DNA of 64,000 nt. It comes from Mobula hypostoma. Lineage: Eukaryota. The stretch is from the NCBI RefSeq assembly GCF_963921235.1, contig NC_086108.1:10044001-10108000 (forward strand). The letters run 5' to 3'. Shown piece by piece: positions 1 to 12,600 of this stretch. The number at the start of each line of letters is the position of its first letter. The stretch's first letter is position 1. The notes under the pieces are model-generated. The model searched no databases. It was given only the letters and a program-made list of their open reading frames with translations, and had not been told where the DNA came from. The position numbers and the translations under genes are program-made.

Positions 1-499
1 TCCCCAAAATCACACAGACTCCCTCCTCTATCTGTCCATCACCTCCTCCCTTCTTAAATCATCCCCATCCAATCTTCCATCACATCCATCCTCCCCAAAT
101 CACACAGATCCTCTCCTCCATCTCTCTATCACCTGCTCGCTCCCAAGTCTCCTGGATCCATTCCTGAATCGGTCCAACACCTGCTCCCTCCCCAATTAAA
201 TCTGATCCAATTCTCCATCTGTCCCTCACCTCCTCCACAAATCACCCAGATCCACTCCACCATCTCTCTGTCACCTCCTCCCTAGAAAATTACCCAGATC
301 CACTCCATCACCTCCTCCCTAGAAAATCACCCAGATCCACTCCATCACCTCCTACCTGGAAAATCACCCAGATCCACTCCATCACCTCCTTCCTGGAAAA
401 TCACCCAGATCCACTACTCCCTCTGTCTATCACCTCTTCCCCAAATCACACAGATTATCTCCTTCACCTCTCCATCATTTCCTTCCCTGGGATCAACTC
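1..499. repeat. C-rich degenerate tandem repeat/satellite (unit ~35-48 bp, CCCAAATCACCCAGATCCACTCCTCCATCTGTCCATCACCTCCT-like), left part
   Basis: Recurrent AAATCACCCAGATCCACTCC / CCATCACCTCCT motifs; the same array resumes at 1918. Confidence 0.85.
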
Positions 500-659
500 C
501 AGACATCCCACCTCTCCCGGAAGTTCCGGCAGTCTCCCGCATACCGGTAGTGGCTCCCTGATGCCTGGAAATTATATACAATATCCCGAAAATAGAGTTT
601 TTTTAAGCGGGAAAGGGAGAGGGAGAGCGAGCATCCTGATTGGTCTCTCTTCGTGCTAA

Positions 660-1382
660 GAGTGGTTCCCACCGACCGGGCCGCGAGGAAACAATATGAT
701 TTGGTGATATGAGTCAGCTGCACCTTTCCTCATTCCCTGTCACACTCTGTTGAATTTGAACGCACGCAAGTTCATCAGTGACCCAAGACGTGCAAAGGAA
801 TGGGTCCGTGACCCATTTGTGAATGTTTCCGGTGAATCTTCCATGTCAGCGCGGGAAAAAGATCAATTCCTCGAGCTTGCATATGATGGTGGGCTGAAAA
901 GTATGTTTGACATAACATCTCTGCCGGCATTCTGGATCAAAGTCAAGGCTGAATATCCTGAGATAGCCACGAAAGCACTGAAAACGTTGCTTCCATTTCC
1001 AACTTTTTTCTGCGAAGCGGAGTTTTCAGCAATGAATGCAACGAAAACTAAATTGCGGAATAGACTGGACATGAGGAACCCCCTTCGAGTATCGCTGTCT
1101 CCCATCACCCCTCGATAGGACCGTGTTGTTCCAGGAAAACAAGCCCAGGGCTCCCACTGATTCAGCGATATTGGTGTGTTGCAATGATTTTATATGTTCT
1201 TACGGGGAAAATATGCGCTGTGTGTTTGATATCCAAACATTACTTAAAATGTTATGATGCGATTGACTATATTCACCTATATTCCGGTTGTGATTAACAC
1301 CCCCCGCTCCCGGTCGGCCGGTCCGCAAGAATATTGTCAATATTAAACCGGTCTGCGGTGCAAAAACGATTGAGGACCCCTG
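660..1382 (+). mobile_element. Charlie/Buster-type hAT deletion derivative nested in the outer hAT
   Basis: Left end (G)AGTGGTTCCCACCGACCGGGCCGCG; right end CCGGTCTGCGGTGCAAAAACGATTGAGGACCCCTG; contains the transposase C-terminus. Confidence 0.8.
750..1118 (+). pseudogene. hAT transposase C-terminal dimerisation-domain fragment (Charlie/ZBED8-like)
   Basis: WVRDPF...FWIKVKAEYPEIATKALKTLLPFPT..CEAEFSAM..TKTKLRNRL. Confidence 0.85.
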
Positions 1383-1917
1383 CCAAGTAGACCTATCAGT
1401 TTTCTCTATGGGCGAGCTTTACAGTCGACCTCAAAAATAATGACAGTGTTGCTCGTTGCACTGTTTGCAACAGTGACTTTTCTATTGCCCATGGTGGGTT
1501 AAAATATAAAAGACACGTTGAGGTGAGTTTAACAGGTGTCACTCATTCATTAGCATAACTAATGTTATTTAAACTAGCTGGCTGCTAAAGAGCTACGCTA
1601 TTGATGCCCTACTTGATGAGGCCAAACTCCCTATAGACTTACTTAAAGTTGTAATAGAATAAACATGATAATGTAATATAATATAAGTACGTATTTTAAT
1701 GTCACATTTTCTGCATATACCCAACTTGGTTTACAGATTAGAAAAAATCACTAAACAAAGTATTACATACACCCTTGGAGGTCGACGGGGTGGGGGGGGG
1801 TGGAGTTGGGGGTGGGGGAGGGGATATGGGGTTGCGGGGGGGGGGGCGGGAGTGCTACCTTTCCTGAAATGGTGGTGCTACCTCCCTGAAATGAGTTTTT
1901 GCAGGGTGGGATGTCTG

Positions 1918-2512
1918 CAACTCCTCCATCTGTGCAACTCCTGCTTCCCAAATCATCCAGCTCCATTGCTTCTTCTATACAACATCTCCTTCCCAAATCA
2001 CTTGGATGCCCTTCCCCATCTGTCCATCTCCTCCTACCTCCCCAAATCACATGGATCCACTCCTTCATCTCTCCATCACCTCTTCCTGAAATCACCCTGA
2101 TTCACTTCTCTACCTGTTCATCACCTAATCCATCCTCAAATCACCCGGATCCACTCCTCCATCTCTCCATCACCTCCTGCCTCCCAAATCACCCGGATCC
2201 ACTCCTCCCTCCCAAATCACCCAGATCCACTGCTCCATCTCTCCATTAAAATCCTCCCTCCCCAAATCACAGTGATCCCTTCTCCACCTGTGCATTGCCT
2301 CCTCCCTAATTACCCAGATTCACTCAACCATCTTCCCATAACTTTCTCCCTCCCAAATCACACGGATTCACTCCTCTATCTTTCCATCATCTCTTGCCCC
2401 CCAAATCAGCTGGGTCCTCTCCTCCAACTGTCCATCACCCTCTCTTTCCCCAAATCTCATTGATCCCCCTTCTCCAAGTCATCCAGATCCACTTCTCTAT
2501 CTGTCCATCACC
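1918..2512. repeat. C-rich degenerate satellite, right part
   Basis: Same CCCAAATCAC...ATCC...CCATCACCTC units as 1-499. Confidence 0.85.
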
Positions 2513-2635
2513 TTGTTGGGTGAGAATTCTTCCTCTGTTGGTGGAACTACAGTGCAAAGCTTATGCTCTCTATATGTTGTTCTTCACCTCTGAAATAGAT
2601 TGTATTGGGAGCACAGGGGTAGTTTGCTGATATAT

Positions 2636-3252
2636 GATTATGAAGACACGTTGTCCTCTTTTATTGTCATTTAGTAACGCATGCATTGAGAGATGATACA
2701 TTATTTCCTCCGGTGTGATATCACAAAACACAGGACAAACCAAGACTGAAAAAACTGACAAAACCACATAATTATAACATATAATTACAAACAGTGCAAC
2801 AATACCATAACTTGATGAAGAAGTTCATGAGCACAGTAAAGTTCAATGTTTCTCAAATGTCCCACATCTCATGCAGACGGGAGAAGGAAGAAAAACTCTC
2901 CCTGCCATGCCGACCACAATCCGACTCTGAGTCATCTGAAAACTTCGAGCCCTGATCAGCTCTCCGACACTGAGTACTGAGCGCCGTCTCTGTCCGAACG
3001 ATTCAACCTCCTTCTCAGTCGCCAAAAGCAGGCAAGACGGGGGATTTTGAGGCCTACCCTCCGAAAGATTCCTGACCACACAGCAATGACAGCAGCGAAC
3101 GGGCATTTCAGAAATTTCTCCAGATGTTCCTCTGTGCTTTCACGTCCATTCTCCATCAAATCAGAATTGTCCATGGCCCCTATTTAACAGATACCATATC
3201 ATTTTTCACCGGAGAGCTGCGCACGTGCAGGCGCGCTGCCATCTTCTCCTCC
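2636..3252 (-). mobile_element. Non-autonomous ~620-bp retroelement, family X copy 1 (Rex1/Babar-like 3' end)
   Basis: Highly similar to 54811-55310 and 61806-62446; minus strand starts GGAGGAGAAGATGGC and ends AATGACAATAAAAGAGGAC. Confidence 0.8.
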
Positions 3253-3407
3253 TAGTAAGTATATTTGCCACTTCTGACGTGGGGTCAAATTTCCACTCTG
3301 ATCTCCTGGTCCTACGTCTTAGGACAGAAAACCATCCTCTCTCTTTCTTCTCAGTCATCAGTCCTTCTACTAAAATACCAGAGAGAAAGATGTCAGAAAG
3401 ATGTCAG

Positions 3408-3808
3408 AAAGATGGCAGGGCCCATTTCTGAGAGCAGGGAACGGCACGAGGTTTAAGTGTCGGGACAGACTGAAAAGGCCAGGGTGTTGGGACAGGAGGA
3501 GAGGGGCGGCCCAGTTCAGCTTGCTGCCTCGTGGGATTTCCTTGTCTCTGTGTTGAACTGAGGCTGTGGCCTACAACTGACTGGCTCCATGTCTGTGAAC
3601 TCACTTTTGTGAACTTCAGTTCTGAATGTTTTATGCTTGCTTTTATTGTTTGCATGATTTTTTTTTGTGCATAATGGGTGTTTGAGGGTCTTCTTTTTTT
3701 AATAGGTTCTACTGGGTTTCTTTGTTTACAAGCTGATAGTATGGAGACAAATCTCAAGGTAGTATATAGTGTACATACTTTGATAATAAATCTAATATGA
3801 ACTTCGAA
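3408..3808 (+). mobile_element. Non-coding element with AAGATGGC start and Rex1/Babar-type 3' tail
   Basis: 3' motif AATCTCAAGGTAGTATATAGTGTACATACTTTGATAATAAA, shared with many copies in the window. Confidence 0.55.
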
Positions 3809-3857
3809 TTCTGGAGAATTAATCTGTGCTGAACCATTTAAAATGTCTACTTCCATC

Positions 3858-4060
3858 AACGTGCACCAGGACCATGGCCCTCTCTACTATCCATGTACCT
3901 ATCCAAACTTCTCTTAAACATTGAAATCAAGCTCGCATGCACCACTTGTGCTGGCAGCTTGTTCCACATTTTCACTACCCTCTGAGTGAAGAAGATTCCT
4001 TTCATGCTCCCCTTAAACTTCTCACCTTTCACCCTTAACCCATGACCTCTAGCTGTAGTA
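3858..4060 (-). mobile_element. CR1 LINE 3' fragment
   Basis: TTARGHGLRVKGEKFKGSMKGIFFTQRVVKMWNKLP. Confidence 0.85.
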
Positions 4061-4061
4061 T

Positions 4062-4576
4062 CCAAGTTCCTGGGTATAAAACAACTCTGGGGATCTGTCC
4101 TGGGCCCAACATACTGATGTAGTTGCAAAGAAGACATAATGGCAGCTATATTTCATTGGGAGTTTGAGGAGATTTGGTACGTCACCAAAGACACACAAAT
4201 TTCTACAGAGGTACCGTGCAGAGTATTCTAACTGGTTGCATTACCATCTTGTATGGTGGGGGGTGGCAGGGGCCACTGCACAGGATTGAAATAAGGTTGC
4301 AGACAGTTGAAACCTTAGTCAGCTTCACCATGGGCGCTAGACTCCCCGGCATCCAGGACATCTTCAAAAGGTGATACCTTTAGAAGGCAGCATCCATCAT
4401 TAAGGACCACCATCACCCAGGACATGCCCTCTTCTCATTGCATCCATCAGGGAGGAGGTACAGGAACCTGAAGGCACACACTCAATGATTCAGGAACAGC
4501 TTCTCCCCCTCTGCCATCCAATCAGCAAACTTCACAACATGTCAGGAGATATTAAACCTGTTTCTGATTCTGATTC
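4062..4576 (+). mobile_element. Rex1/Babar LINE 3' fragment
   Basis: NFYRGTVQSILTGCITILYG; HHPGHALFSL..SGRRYRNL-type coding; ATTAAACCTG-TTCTGATTCTGATTC tail. Confidence 0.8.
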
Positions 4577-5024
4577 ACACAACTGACCAAATCAGTCTTG
4601 CCAAGAACTGTTTTGGGGCTCAGTGGTAATGATACAAAGTTACTCATCTGAAGGTGTCAGCCAATCCATGCTAGTATCTTTCCTGTAATACTATAGGCTC
4701 TTATCTTGTTTAGCAGCCTCATGGTGACACCGTAACAAAGACCTTCAAAATCCAAGCTCTCCTTTGCCTATGCTGCTTGTTATTTCCTCACAGAGTTCCA
4801 ACAGATTTGTCAGGCAAGATTTCCCTTTAAGGAACCTAAGCTAACTTTGGCCTATTTTATCACGTGCCTCCAGGTACCCCCAAACCTCATTCTTAATAGT
4901 GGACTTTAACATCTTATCAACAACTGACAACAGACTAACTGACCTATACTTTCCTGTCTTCTGTCTCTCTCCCTTCTTAAAGTATGGAGTGACAGTTTTG
5001 ATTGTCCGGTCCTCATCACTATGG

Positions 5025-5310
5025 TTGGCATGGTAACATCGTGGTTAGCACAACGCTTTATAGTACCAGTGACCCAGGTTCAATTCCCGCTACTGCCTGT
5101 AAAGAGTTTGTACGTTCTCCCCGTGATCGCATGGGTTTCCTCCAGGTGCTCTGGTTTTGTCCCACGGTCCAAAGACGTACCAGTTGGTAGGTTAACAGGT
5201 CATTGTAAAATTGTCTGGTGATTAGGCTAGGGTTAGATAGGGGTTGGCTGGACAGTGGGGCTTGAAGCTCTAGAAGGGCCTGTTCTGCACAGTAATTCAC
5301 TAAATAAATA
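5025..5310 (+). mobile_element. tRNA-derived V-SINE (HE1-like)
   Basis: A-box-like GTGGTTAGC, B-box GGTTCAATTCC, V-core GGGTTTCCTCCAGGTGCTCTGGTTT..CCCACGGTCCAAAGAC, CR1-like tail. Confidence 0.8.
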
Positions 5311-6186
5311 ACCATTCCACAATCTAATGATTCTTGAAAGATCATTACTAATGCCTTCACAATCTCTTTGTCTAGCTTGCTGAGAAACCTGGGGTGGAGT
5401 CCATCTCATCCAGGTGACTTATCTACCTTCAGAACTTTCAGCTTCCCAAGCACCTTCTCCTTAGTAACAGCAACTGCACTCACTTCTGCCCCCTGACGGT
5501 CTCAAATTTCTGGCATATTGCTAGTGTGTTCCGCAGGGAAGACTGACACATTTCTTCTTCATTTCATCTGCATTTGTTCCCCATTACTACCTCTCCAGTT
5601 ATTGTCCAGTGGTCCGATGCCAACTTCTGCCTCTCTTTTACTCCACTATTTGGTAATGTTTTTATATCAATATCTTTTCTCATATTATTTTCAGCTTACA
5701 TTCATAATTCATCGTTTCTTTCCTTATTGTGTTTTTGTTGCCTTCTGTTAGTTTTTAAAAGCTTCCCAGTCCTCTAACTTCTCACTAATTTCTGCTATAT
5801 TATATACTCTCTCTTTCACATTTTGCTGCTTTTTACTTTCCTTGTCAGCCATTGTTGCTTCATCCTCCCTTTAGAATACTTCTTCTTCTTTGGGATGTAT
5901 CTACCTTGTGCCTTCAAAATCGTCCCCAGAAACTCCAGCCATTGCTGATCTGCTGTCATCCCTTCCGGGATGCTAGTGTCCCCTTCCGATCAACTTTGGC
6001 CAGCTCCACTTTCATGGCTCTGTAATTTTCTTTACTCCACTCTAATAATGATATATCTAACTTTAGCTTCTAACTCTCAAATTGCAGAGTAAATTCTTTC
6101 ATATTATGATCGTTGTCTCCTTTACTATTGTAACATTGCCCTTACTATCTGCCTTAATAGTTCCCGTTGAAATTTATATCCTACAT

Positions 6187-7828
6187 GCTGTGGAAGTGAG
6201 CGAGGTCCTCAATGAATACTTCGCTTCGGTATTCACCAATGAGAGGGAACTTGATGACGGTGAGGACAATATGAGTGAGGTTGATGTTCTGGAGCATGTT
6301 GATATTAAGGCAGAGGAGGTGTTGGAGTTATTAAAATACATTAGGACGGATAAGTCCCCAGGGCCTGATGGAATATTCCCCAGGCTGCTCCACAGGGCGA
6401 GGGAAGAGATTGCTGAGCCTCTGGCTAGGATCTTTATGTCCTCGTTGTCTACGGGAATGGTACCGGAGGATTGGAGGGAAAGCTGTTGGAAAAGATTCTT
6501 AAAGATAGGATCTATGGGCATTTAGAGAATCATGGTCTGATCAGGGACAGTCAGCATGGCTTTGTGAAGGGCAGATCGTGTCTAACGAGCCTGATAGAGT
6601 TTTTTGAGGAGGTGACCAGGCATATAGATGAGGGTAGTGCAGTGGATATAATCTATATGGATTTTATAAGGCATTTGACAAGGTTCCACAAGGTAGGTTT
6701 ATTCAGAAATTCAGAAGGCATGGGATCCAGGGAAGTTTGGCCAGGTGGATTCAGAATTGGCTTGCCTACAGAAGGCAGAGGGTCATGGTGGAGGGAGTAC
6801 ATTCAGATTGGAGGGTTGTGACTAGTGGTGTCCCACAAGGATCGGTTTTGGGACCTCTACTTTTCGTGATTTTTATTAATGACCTGGATGTGGGGGTAGA
6901 AGGGTGGGTTGGCAAGTTTGCAGACAACACAAAGATTGGTGGTGTTGTAGATAGTGTAGAGGATTGTCGAAGATTACAGAAAGACATTGATAGGATGCAG
7001 AAGTGGGCTAAGAAGTGGCAGATGGAGTTCAACCTGGAGAAGTGGGAGGTGGTACACTTTGGAAGGACAAACTCCAAGACAGAGTACAAAGTAAATGGCA
7101 GGATACTTGGTAGTGTGGAGGAGCAGAGGGATCTGGAGGTACATGTCCACAGATCCCTGAAAGTTGCCCCACAGCTAGATAGCGTAGTTAAGAAAGCTTA
7201 TGGGGTGTTAGCTTTCATAAGTCGAGGGATAGAGTTTAAGAGTCGCGATGTAATGATGCAGCTCTATAAAACTCTGGTTAGGCCACACTTGGAGTACTGT
7301 GTCCAGTTCCGGTCGCCTCATTATAGGAAGGATGTGGAAGCATTGGAAAGGGTACAGAGGAGATTTACCAGGATGCTGTCTGGTTTAGAGAGTATGGATT
7401 ATGATCAGAGATTAAGGAAGCTAGGGCTTTACTCTTTGGCAAGAAGGAGGATGAGAGGAGACATGATAGAGGTGTACAAGATAATAAGAGGAATAGGTAG
7501 AGTGGATAGCCAGCGCCTCTTCCCCAGGGCACCACTGCTCAATACAAGGGGACATGGCTTTAAGGTAAGGGGTGGGAAGTTCAAGGGGGATATTAGAGGA
7601 AGGTTTTTTACTCAGAAAGTGGTTGGTCCGTGGAATGCACTGCCTGAGTCAGTGGTGGAGGCAGATACACTAGTGAAGTTTAAGAGACTACTAGACAGGT
7701 ATATGGAGGAATTCAAGGTGGGAGGTTATATGGGAGGCAGGGTTTGAGGGTTGGCACAACAATGTGGGCCAAAGGGCCTGTACTGTGCTGTGCTATTCTA
7801 TGTTCTATGTTCTATGTTCTATGTTCTA
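6187..7828 (+). mobile_element. Young 5'-truncated CR1 (HER1-like) LINE, RT region
   Basis: [44 protein letters not shown]; internal deletion at ~6478; (TTCTATG)n tail 7796-7828. Confidence 0.95.
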
Positions 7829-8177
7829 TTCTGGCTACTGTTTGGAGGTCTGTATATAATTCCCATAATTCCCATTTTTATCCTTGCAGTTTCTTAACTC
7901 TACCTACAAGGATTCTGCATCTTCCAAACTTATGTCACCTCTTTCTAAGGATTTGATTTCATTTTTTAACAACAGAGTCGCCTCACCCTCTCTGTCTACC
8001 TGCTTGCCTGTTACAGTTATTATTCATTAGGTTTGTTGAGTGTGCTCACAAGAAAATGAATCTCAGGGTTGTATATGGTGACATATATGTACTCTGATAA
8101 TAAACTTACTTTGAACTTTGAACTTTACAGTTAACTTCTTATCCCTTTCTAAACTTATTGGCTCATTCTTTATTCAT

Positions 8178-8930
8178 AGAGCACAGAACAGTACAGTACA
8201 GGAACAGGTAAGTCAGCCCACAATGTGGTGCCAAACCAGCTAATAAATAAATCAAAAAAACCCCAAAAAGCTAATCCCTCCTACCTACACAATGCCCATA
8301 TCCCTCCATCTTCCTTACATCCATGTGCCCTTCCAAACTTGTCTGAAAAGCCTCTAATGTATTTTCCTCCACCACCAGACCAGGCAGCACATTGCAGACA
8401 TCCACCATCTCTGAGTAAAATGCTTACCCCTCACATCCCCTTTGAATCTCCCCCTCTCACCTCCAACGCATGCCCTCTGGTATTAGAAATCTTAACCTGG
8501 GGAAACAGATACTCTCTGCCTACTCTCTCTATGGGGAAACAGATACTCTCTGTCTACTCTCTCTATGTCTCATCATCTTAGAAATCTCTGTCAGATCTCC
8601 CTTCAGACTTTGCCACTCCAGAGAAAACGACTCAAGTTTGTCCAACTTCTCATGATAGCACATGCCCTCTAAACCAGGCAGCAACCTGGTAAACCTCTTC
8701 TGCACCCTCTTCAAAGGCTCAATATCTTCTTTATGGGTGTGGAGGGTGGGGGAGAACTGTACACAGATGTGGTCTAACCAGATTTCTATAAAGTTGCAAC
8801 ATAATCTCTTGACTTTTGAACTCAATGCCTCGACTAATAAAAGCAAGTATTCCATAAGCCTTCTTAACCACCCTATCGACCTGTGTAGCCACTCTCTAGG
8901 AGATATGAACTTGGATCCCAAGACCTCCAT
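8178..8930 (-). mobile_element. CR1 LINE 3' fragment
   Basis: KRVQKRFTRLLPGLEGMCYHEKLDKLESFSLEWQSLKGDLTE. Confidence 0.8.
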
Positions 8931-9427
8931 AACCTCTCCTGCACTCCCCTTCCCTTTTAGTTTATCCAAGCTGTCGAATCCACTCCCTTTTTGATTTAAA
9001 AACCCAATTACATCGAACAGCACACTACATGTGGGGTTCATGGTTACTTGGATTTGAAATTGCTTCCACAATAGAAGATAGAGTACATGGTGGGGGGGGG
9101 GTGTTATTTTGTCCTGGGGGTCTGTAATCAGTGGTTTTCCCAAAGGAATCAGTATTGGTGCATCTGCTGATTGAGATATGCAATATATTCAAACTTCAAG
9201 ATTCAAGCTTGTCATTCTTCAGTGTAGAGGTGTAAAGGAAAATGAAATAATTGTTACTCCGGCTTTAAAGCAACACAAGAAAACACAATAAATGTAAATT
9301 TCAACAGGAACATACAAACTCTTTACAGAGAGCAGCAGGATTGAACCCCAATTTTACAGCTGGCTCTGTAAAGTGATTACATGAACTGCTAAGCTACAAT
9401 ACTATGCCACCTTCACGACATTCCTCC

Positions 9428-9663
9428 AGGTATGAAAATGACAATGCCCTGGAACGGAAAATCCTACAAAAAGTAGTGGATACGGCTCAGTCCATCATGG
9501 TTAAAGCACTCCCAATTATTGAGCGCATCACATGAAACGCTATCTCAGGAAAACAGCATCCGTCGTCAGGGCCCCCACCACCCCAGGTCATGCTCTCTGC
9601 TGACTGTTGCCATCAGGAAGAAGGTACAGGAGCCTCAGGACTCACTCCACCAGATTCAGGAAC
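9428..9663 (+). mobile_element. Rex1/Babar LINE, left half of an element split at 9663
   Basis: Collinear with the intact copy at ~51915-52149; MPSGRRYRSLRTHSTRFRN. Confidence 0.85.
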
Positions 9664-12600
9664 TATAACCAGAGCACCAATCGTGAGCTGGAGAGCTACC
9701 AGAGAGGAAGCGGTGCACAGGTCCGGGAGCGAAGTTTAAAAGGGATAGATTCACGGGAACTCGGCCATAACTGGAGCACCAATCATGTGTTGGAGAACAG
9801 GGAAGGTTCAGGCATAAAAGGAAGACACTGCCAAGCAGACTGGTAATCAGAGGTGAGGTCTGAGTCAGGGCAGTAGGGTTTTGGTTCATTCGGGCTTCGG
9901 CAAGGTAAGTGGGTAAGTTACCTTCATTTTTTTCCCTTGTATTTTTTGAGGAATAGAGAGCATGTCTGTAGGGTTAGTACTTTGCTCTGGGTGTCAGATG
10001 TGGGAATCCTGGGGATCTTCCAGTCTCCCAGATGGCCACATCTGCACTAGGTGCACCGAGATGCAGCTCCTGTGAGACCGTGTTAGGGATATGGAGCTGT
10101 GGCTTATAAGGGAAAGTGCGCAGGAGATAGATAGGAGCTACAAAGAGTTAGTCACCCCAAGGCTGCAGGAGTTAGACAAGTGGATGACTGTCAGAGAATG
10201 GCAGGGAAGAGCTCAGACAGTAGAGAGCACCCCGTGGCCATTCCCCTCAGTAATCGTTATCTCGTTTTGGATGCTGTTGAGGGGGATGACCAGACAGAGG
10301 ACAACCACGGCGATCGCGTCTCTGACACTGAGCCTGGTTCTGTGGTGCAGAAGGGAAAGAAGAAGATGAGAAATGCAATAGTCATGGGGGATTCCATAGT
10401 GAGGGGAAAAGACAGGAAGTTCTGTCTGCCTGATAGAGATACCCGCATGGTGTTGCCTCCCAGGTGCCAGGGTACGGGATGTCTCGGATCGAGTGCAGCG
10501 TATTCTAAATGAAAGGGTGAACAGCCAGACGTCTTGGTACACGTTGGTACCAATGACACAGGTTGAAAAAGAGAGTAGGTCCTGAAGAGAGAATTCAGGG
10601 AGTTGGGTAGGAAGCTGAAAGGCAGGACCTCCAGGATAGTAATCTCGGGATTGCTGCCTGTGCCATGAGCTAACAGGCGCAAGACTAGCATGATCAGGCA
10701 TATTAATGTGTGGCTGAGAGACTGGTGTAGGGGTCAGGGCTTCGGGTTCCTGGATCATTGGGGCATCTTCTAGGGGAGGTATGACCTGTACAAAATGGAC
10801 AGGTTACACCTGAACCCAAAGGGGTCCAATATCCTAGCATGCAGGCAGATTTGTTAGAGCTGTTAGGGAGGGTTTAAACTAATTTGACAGGGGGATGGGA
10901 ACCGGGGTGATAGGGCTGAGGAAGGTGAAAACAGAAATAAATCAAAGATAGTGTGCAACAGAGATGACAGAAAGGACAGGCAGGAGATGAGGCATAATCA
11001 CAGCCAGTGGGATGAGTTACAGGGCAGTAGAGTCGTGGTGCAGTTAAAACAGAAAGCAAATACTGGACTGAGAGTGTTATATTTGAATACACACAGCATG
11101 CGGAATAAAATGGAGGATCTTGAAATTCAGCTACAGATTGGCAAGTATGATGTTGTGGCCATTTCTGAAACTTGGCTAAAGGATGGCTGCCATTGGGAGC
11201 TGAATATCCAAGGATAGACAGCATATCAGAAAAATAGGTTAGTAGGCAGAGGGGTTGGTGTGGCCCTGTGTATAAATAATATTAAACCATTAGAAAGGGA
11301 TGACATAGGATCAGAAGGTGTAGAGTCTCTATGGGTTGAGTTAAGAAATGGCAAGGGTAAAATGGCAGTAGTATACAGGCCTCCAAACAGCAGCCGGGAT
11401 GTGGATTACAAATTACAGCAGGAGATAGAAAAGGCGTGTCAGAAGGGCAATGTCATGATAATCATTGGGGATTTTAACATGAAATTGGATGGGGAAAACC
11501 AGGCCAGTTCTGGACCTCAAGAGAGAATTTGTAGAATGTCTAATGGATTGCTTTTTAGAACAGCTTGTTGTTGAGCCCACTAGGGGATCAGCTGTGCTGG
11601 ATTGGGTGTTGTGCAATGATCTGAGGTGATAAGAGAGCTTAAGGGTAAGGATAAGATCGAGTTCACTTTGAAATTTGAGGAGAAACTAAATTCCAATGTG
11701 TCGGTATTTCAGTGGAATAAAGGGAATTACAATGGCATGAGAGGCGAACTGGCCAAGGTTGACTGGAAAGGGACCACGAGCAGGAAGGACAGCAGAGCAG
11801 CAATGGCTGGAGTTTCTGCGAAAAATGAGGGAAGTGCAAGACAGATATATTCCAAATAAGAAGAAATTTTTGAATGGAAGAAGGACATTACCGTGGCTGA
11901 CAAGTGAAGTCGGGGCCAAAGTAAAAGCAAAAGAGAGGGCATACAAGGAAGCCAGACCTAGTGGGAAGATAGAGGATTGGGAAGCTTTTAAGAACTTGCA
12001 GACGGAAACTAAGAAGATCATTAGGAAAGAAAAGATGAATTATGAAAGGAAGCTGGTGACTAATGTCAAAGAAGATACTGAAAGCTTTTTTAAATATATA
12101 AAGGGGAAAAGAGAGTTGAGGGTAAATACAGGACCAATACAAAATGACGCTCAAGATATTGTAGAGAGACGCAGAGATGGTAGAGGAACTGAATACATAT
12201 TTTGCATCAGTCTTTCCAGTGGAAGACATCTGCAGTATACTGGACATTCAAGAGTGTCAGGGAAGTGAAGTACGTGCAGTGAAAATTACGACTGAGAAGG
12301 TGCTCAGGAAGCTTAATGGTCTGAGGGTGGATAAATCTCCTGGACCAGATGGAATGCACCCTTGGATTCTGAAGGAAGTAGCTGGAGAGATTGCAGAGGC
12401 ATTAACGATGATCTTTCAAGAATTGATAGATTCTGGCATTGTACCGGATGACTGGCAAATTGAAAATGTTACTCCGCTATTTAAGAAGGGTGGGAGGCAG
12501 CAGAAAGACCTGTTCGCCTGACATCACTGGTTGGGAAGTTGTTGGAATCGATTGTTAGGGATGAGATTACGGAGTACCTGGAGGCACATGACAAGATAGG

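Larger units (their letters stand above)
500..1917 (+). mobile_element. Non-autonomous hAT-superfamily DNA transposon with 13-bp TIRs and 6-bp TSD
   Basis: TIR CAGACATCCCACC (500-512) / GGTGGGATGTCTG (1905-1917); CAACTC at 494-499 and 1918-1923; zinc-finger-like remnant ARCTVCNSDFSIAHGG at ~1436-1522 followed by a GTGAGT donor. Confidence 0.85.
4670..8000 (-). mobile_element. Old degenerate CR1 ORF2 fragment, interrupted by a SINE (5025-5310) and a younger CR1 (6187-7828)
   Basis: Antisense CR1 motifs (KALVMIFQESLDCGMV); host sequence resumes at ~7829 collinear with the CR1 copy at ~32150-32340. Confidence 0.75.

Noticed and set aside
1699..2630. Pro/Ser/His-rich ORFs
   Set aside because: Translations of the C-rich satellite and the transposon end.
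5025..5100. tRNA gene
   Set aside because: This is the tRNA-derived head of a V-SINE; no complete cloverleaf.
6737..7747. Functional reverse transcriptase gene
   Set aside because: 5'-truncated, frameshifted upstream, and the catalytic motif reads FADN instead of FADD.
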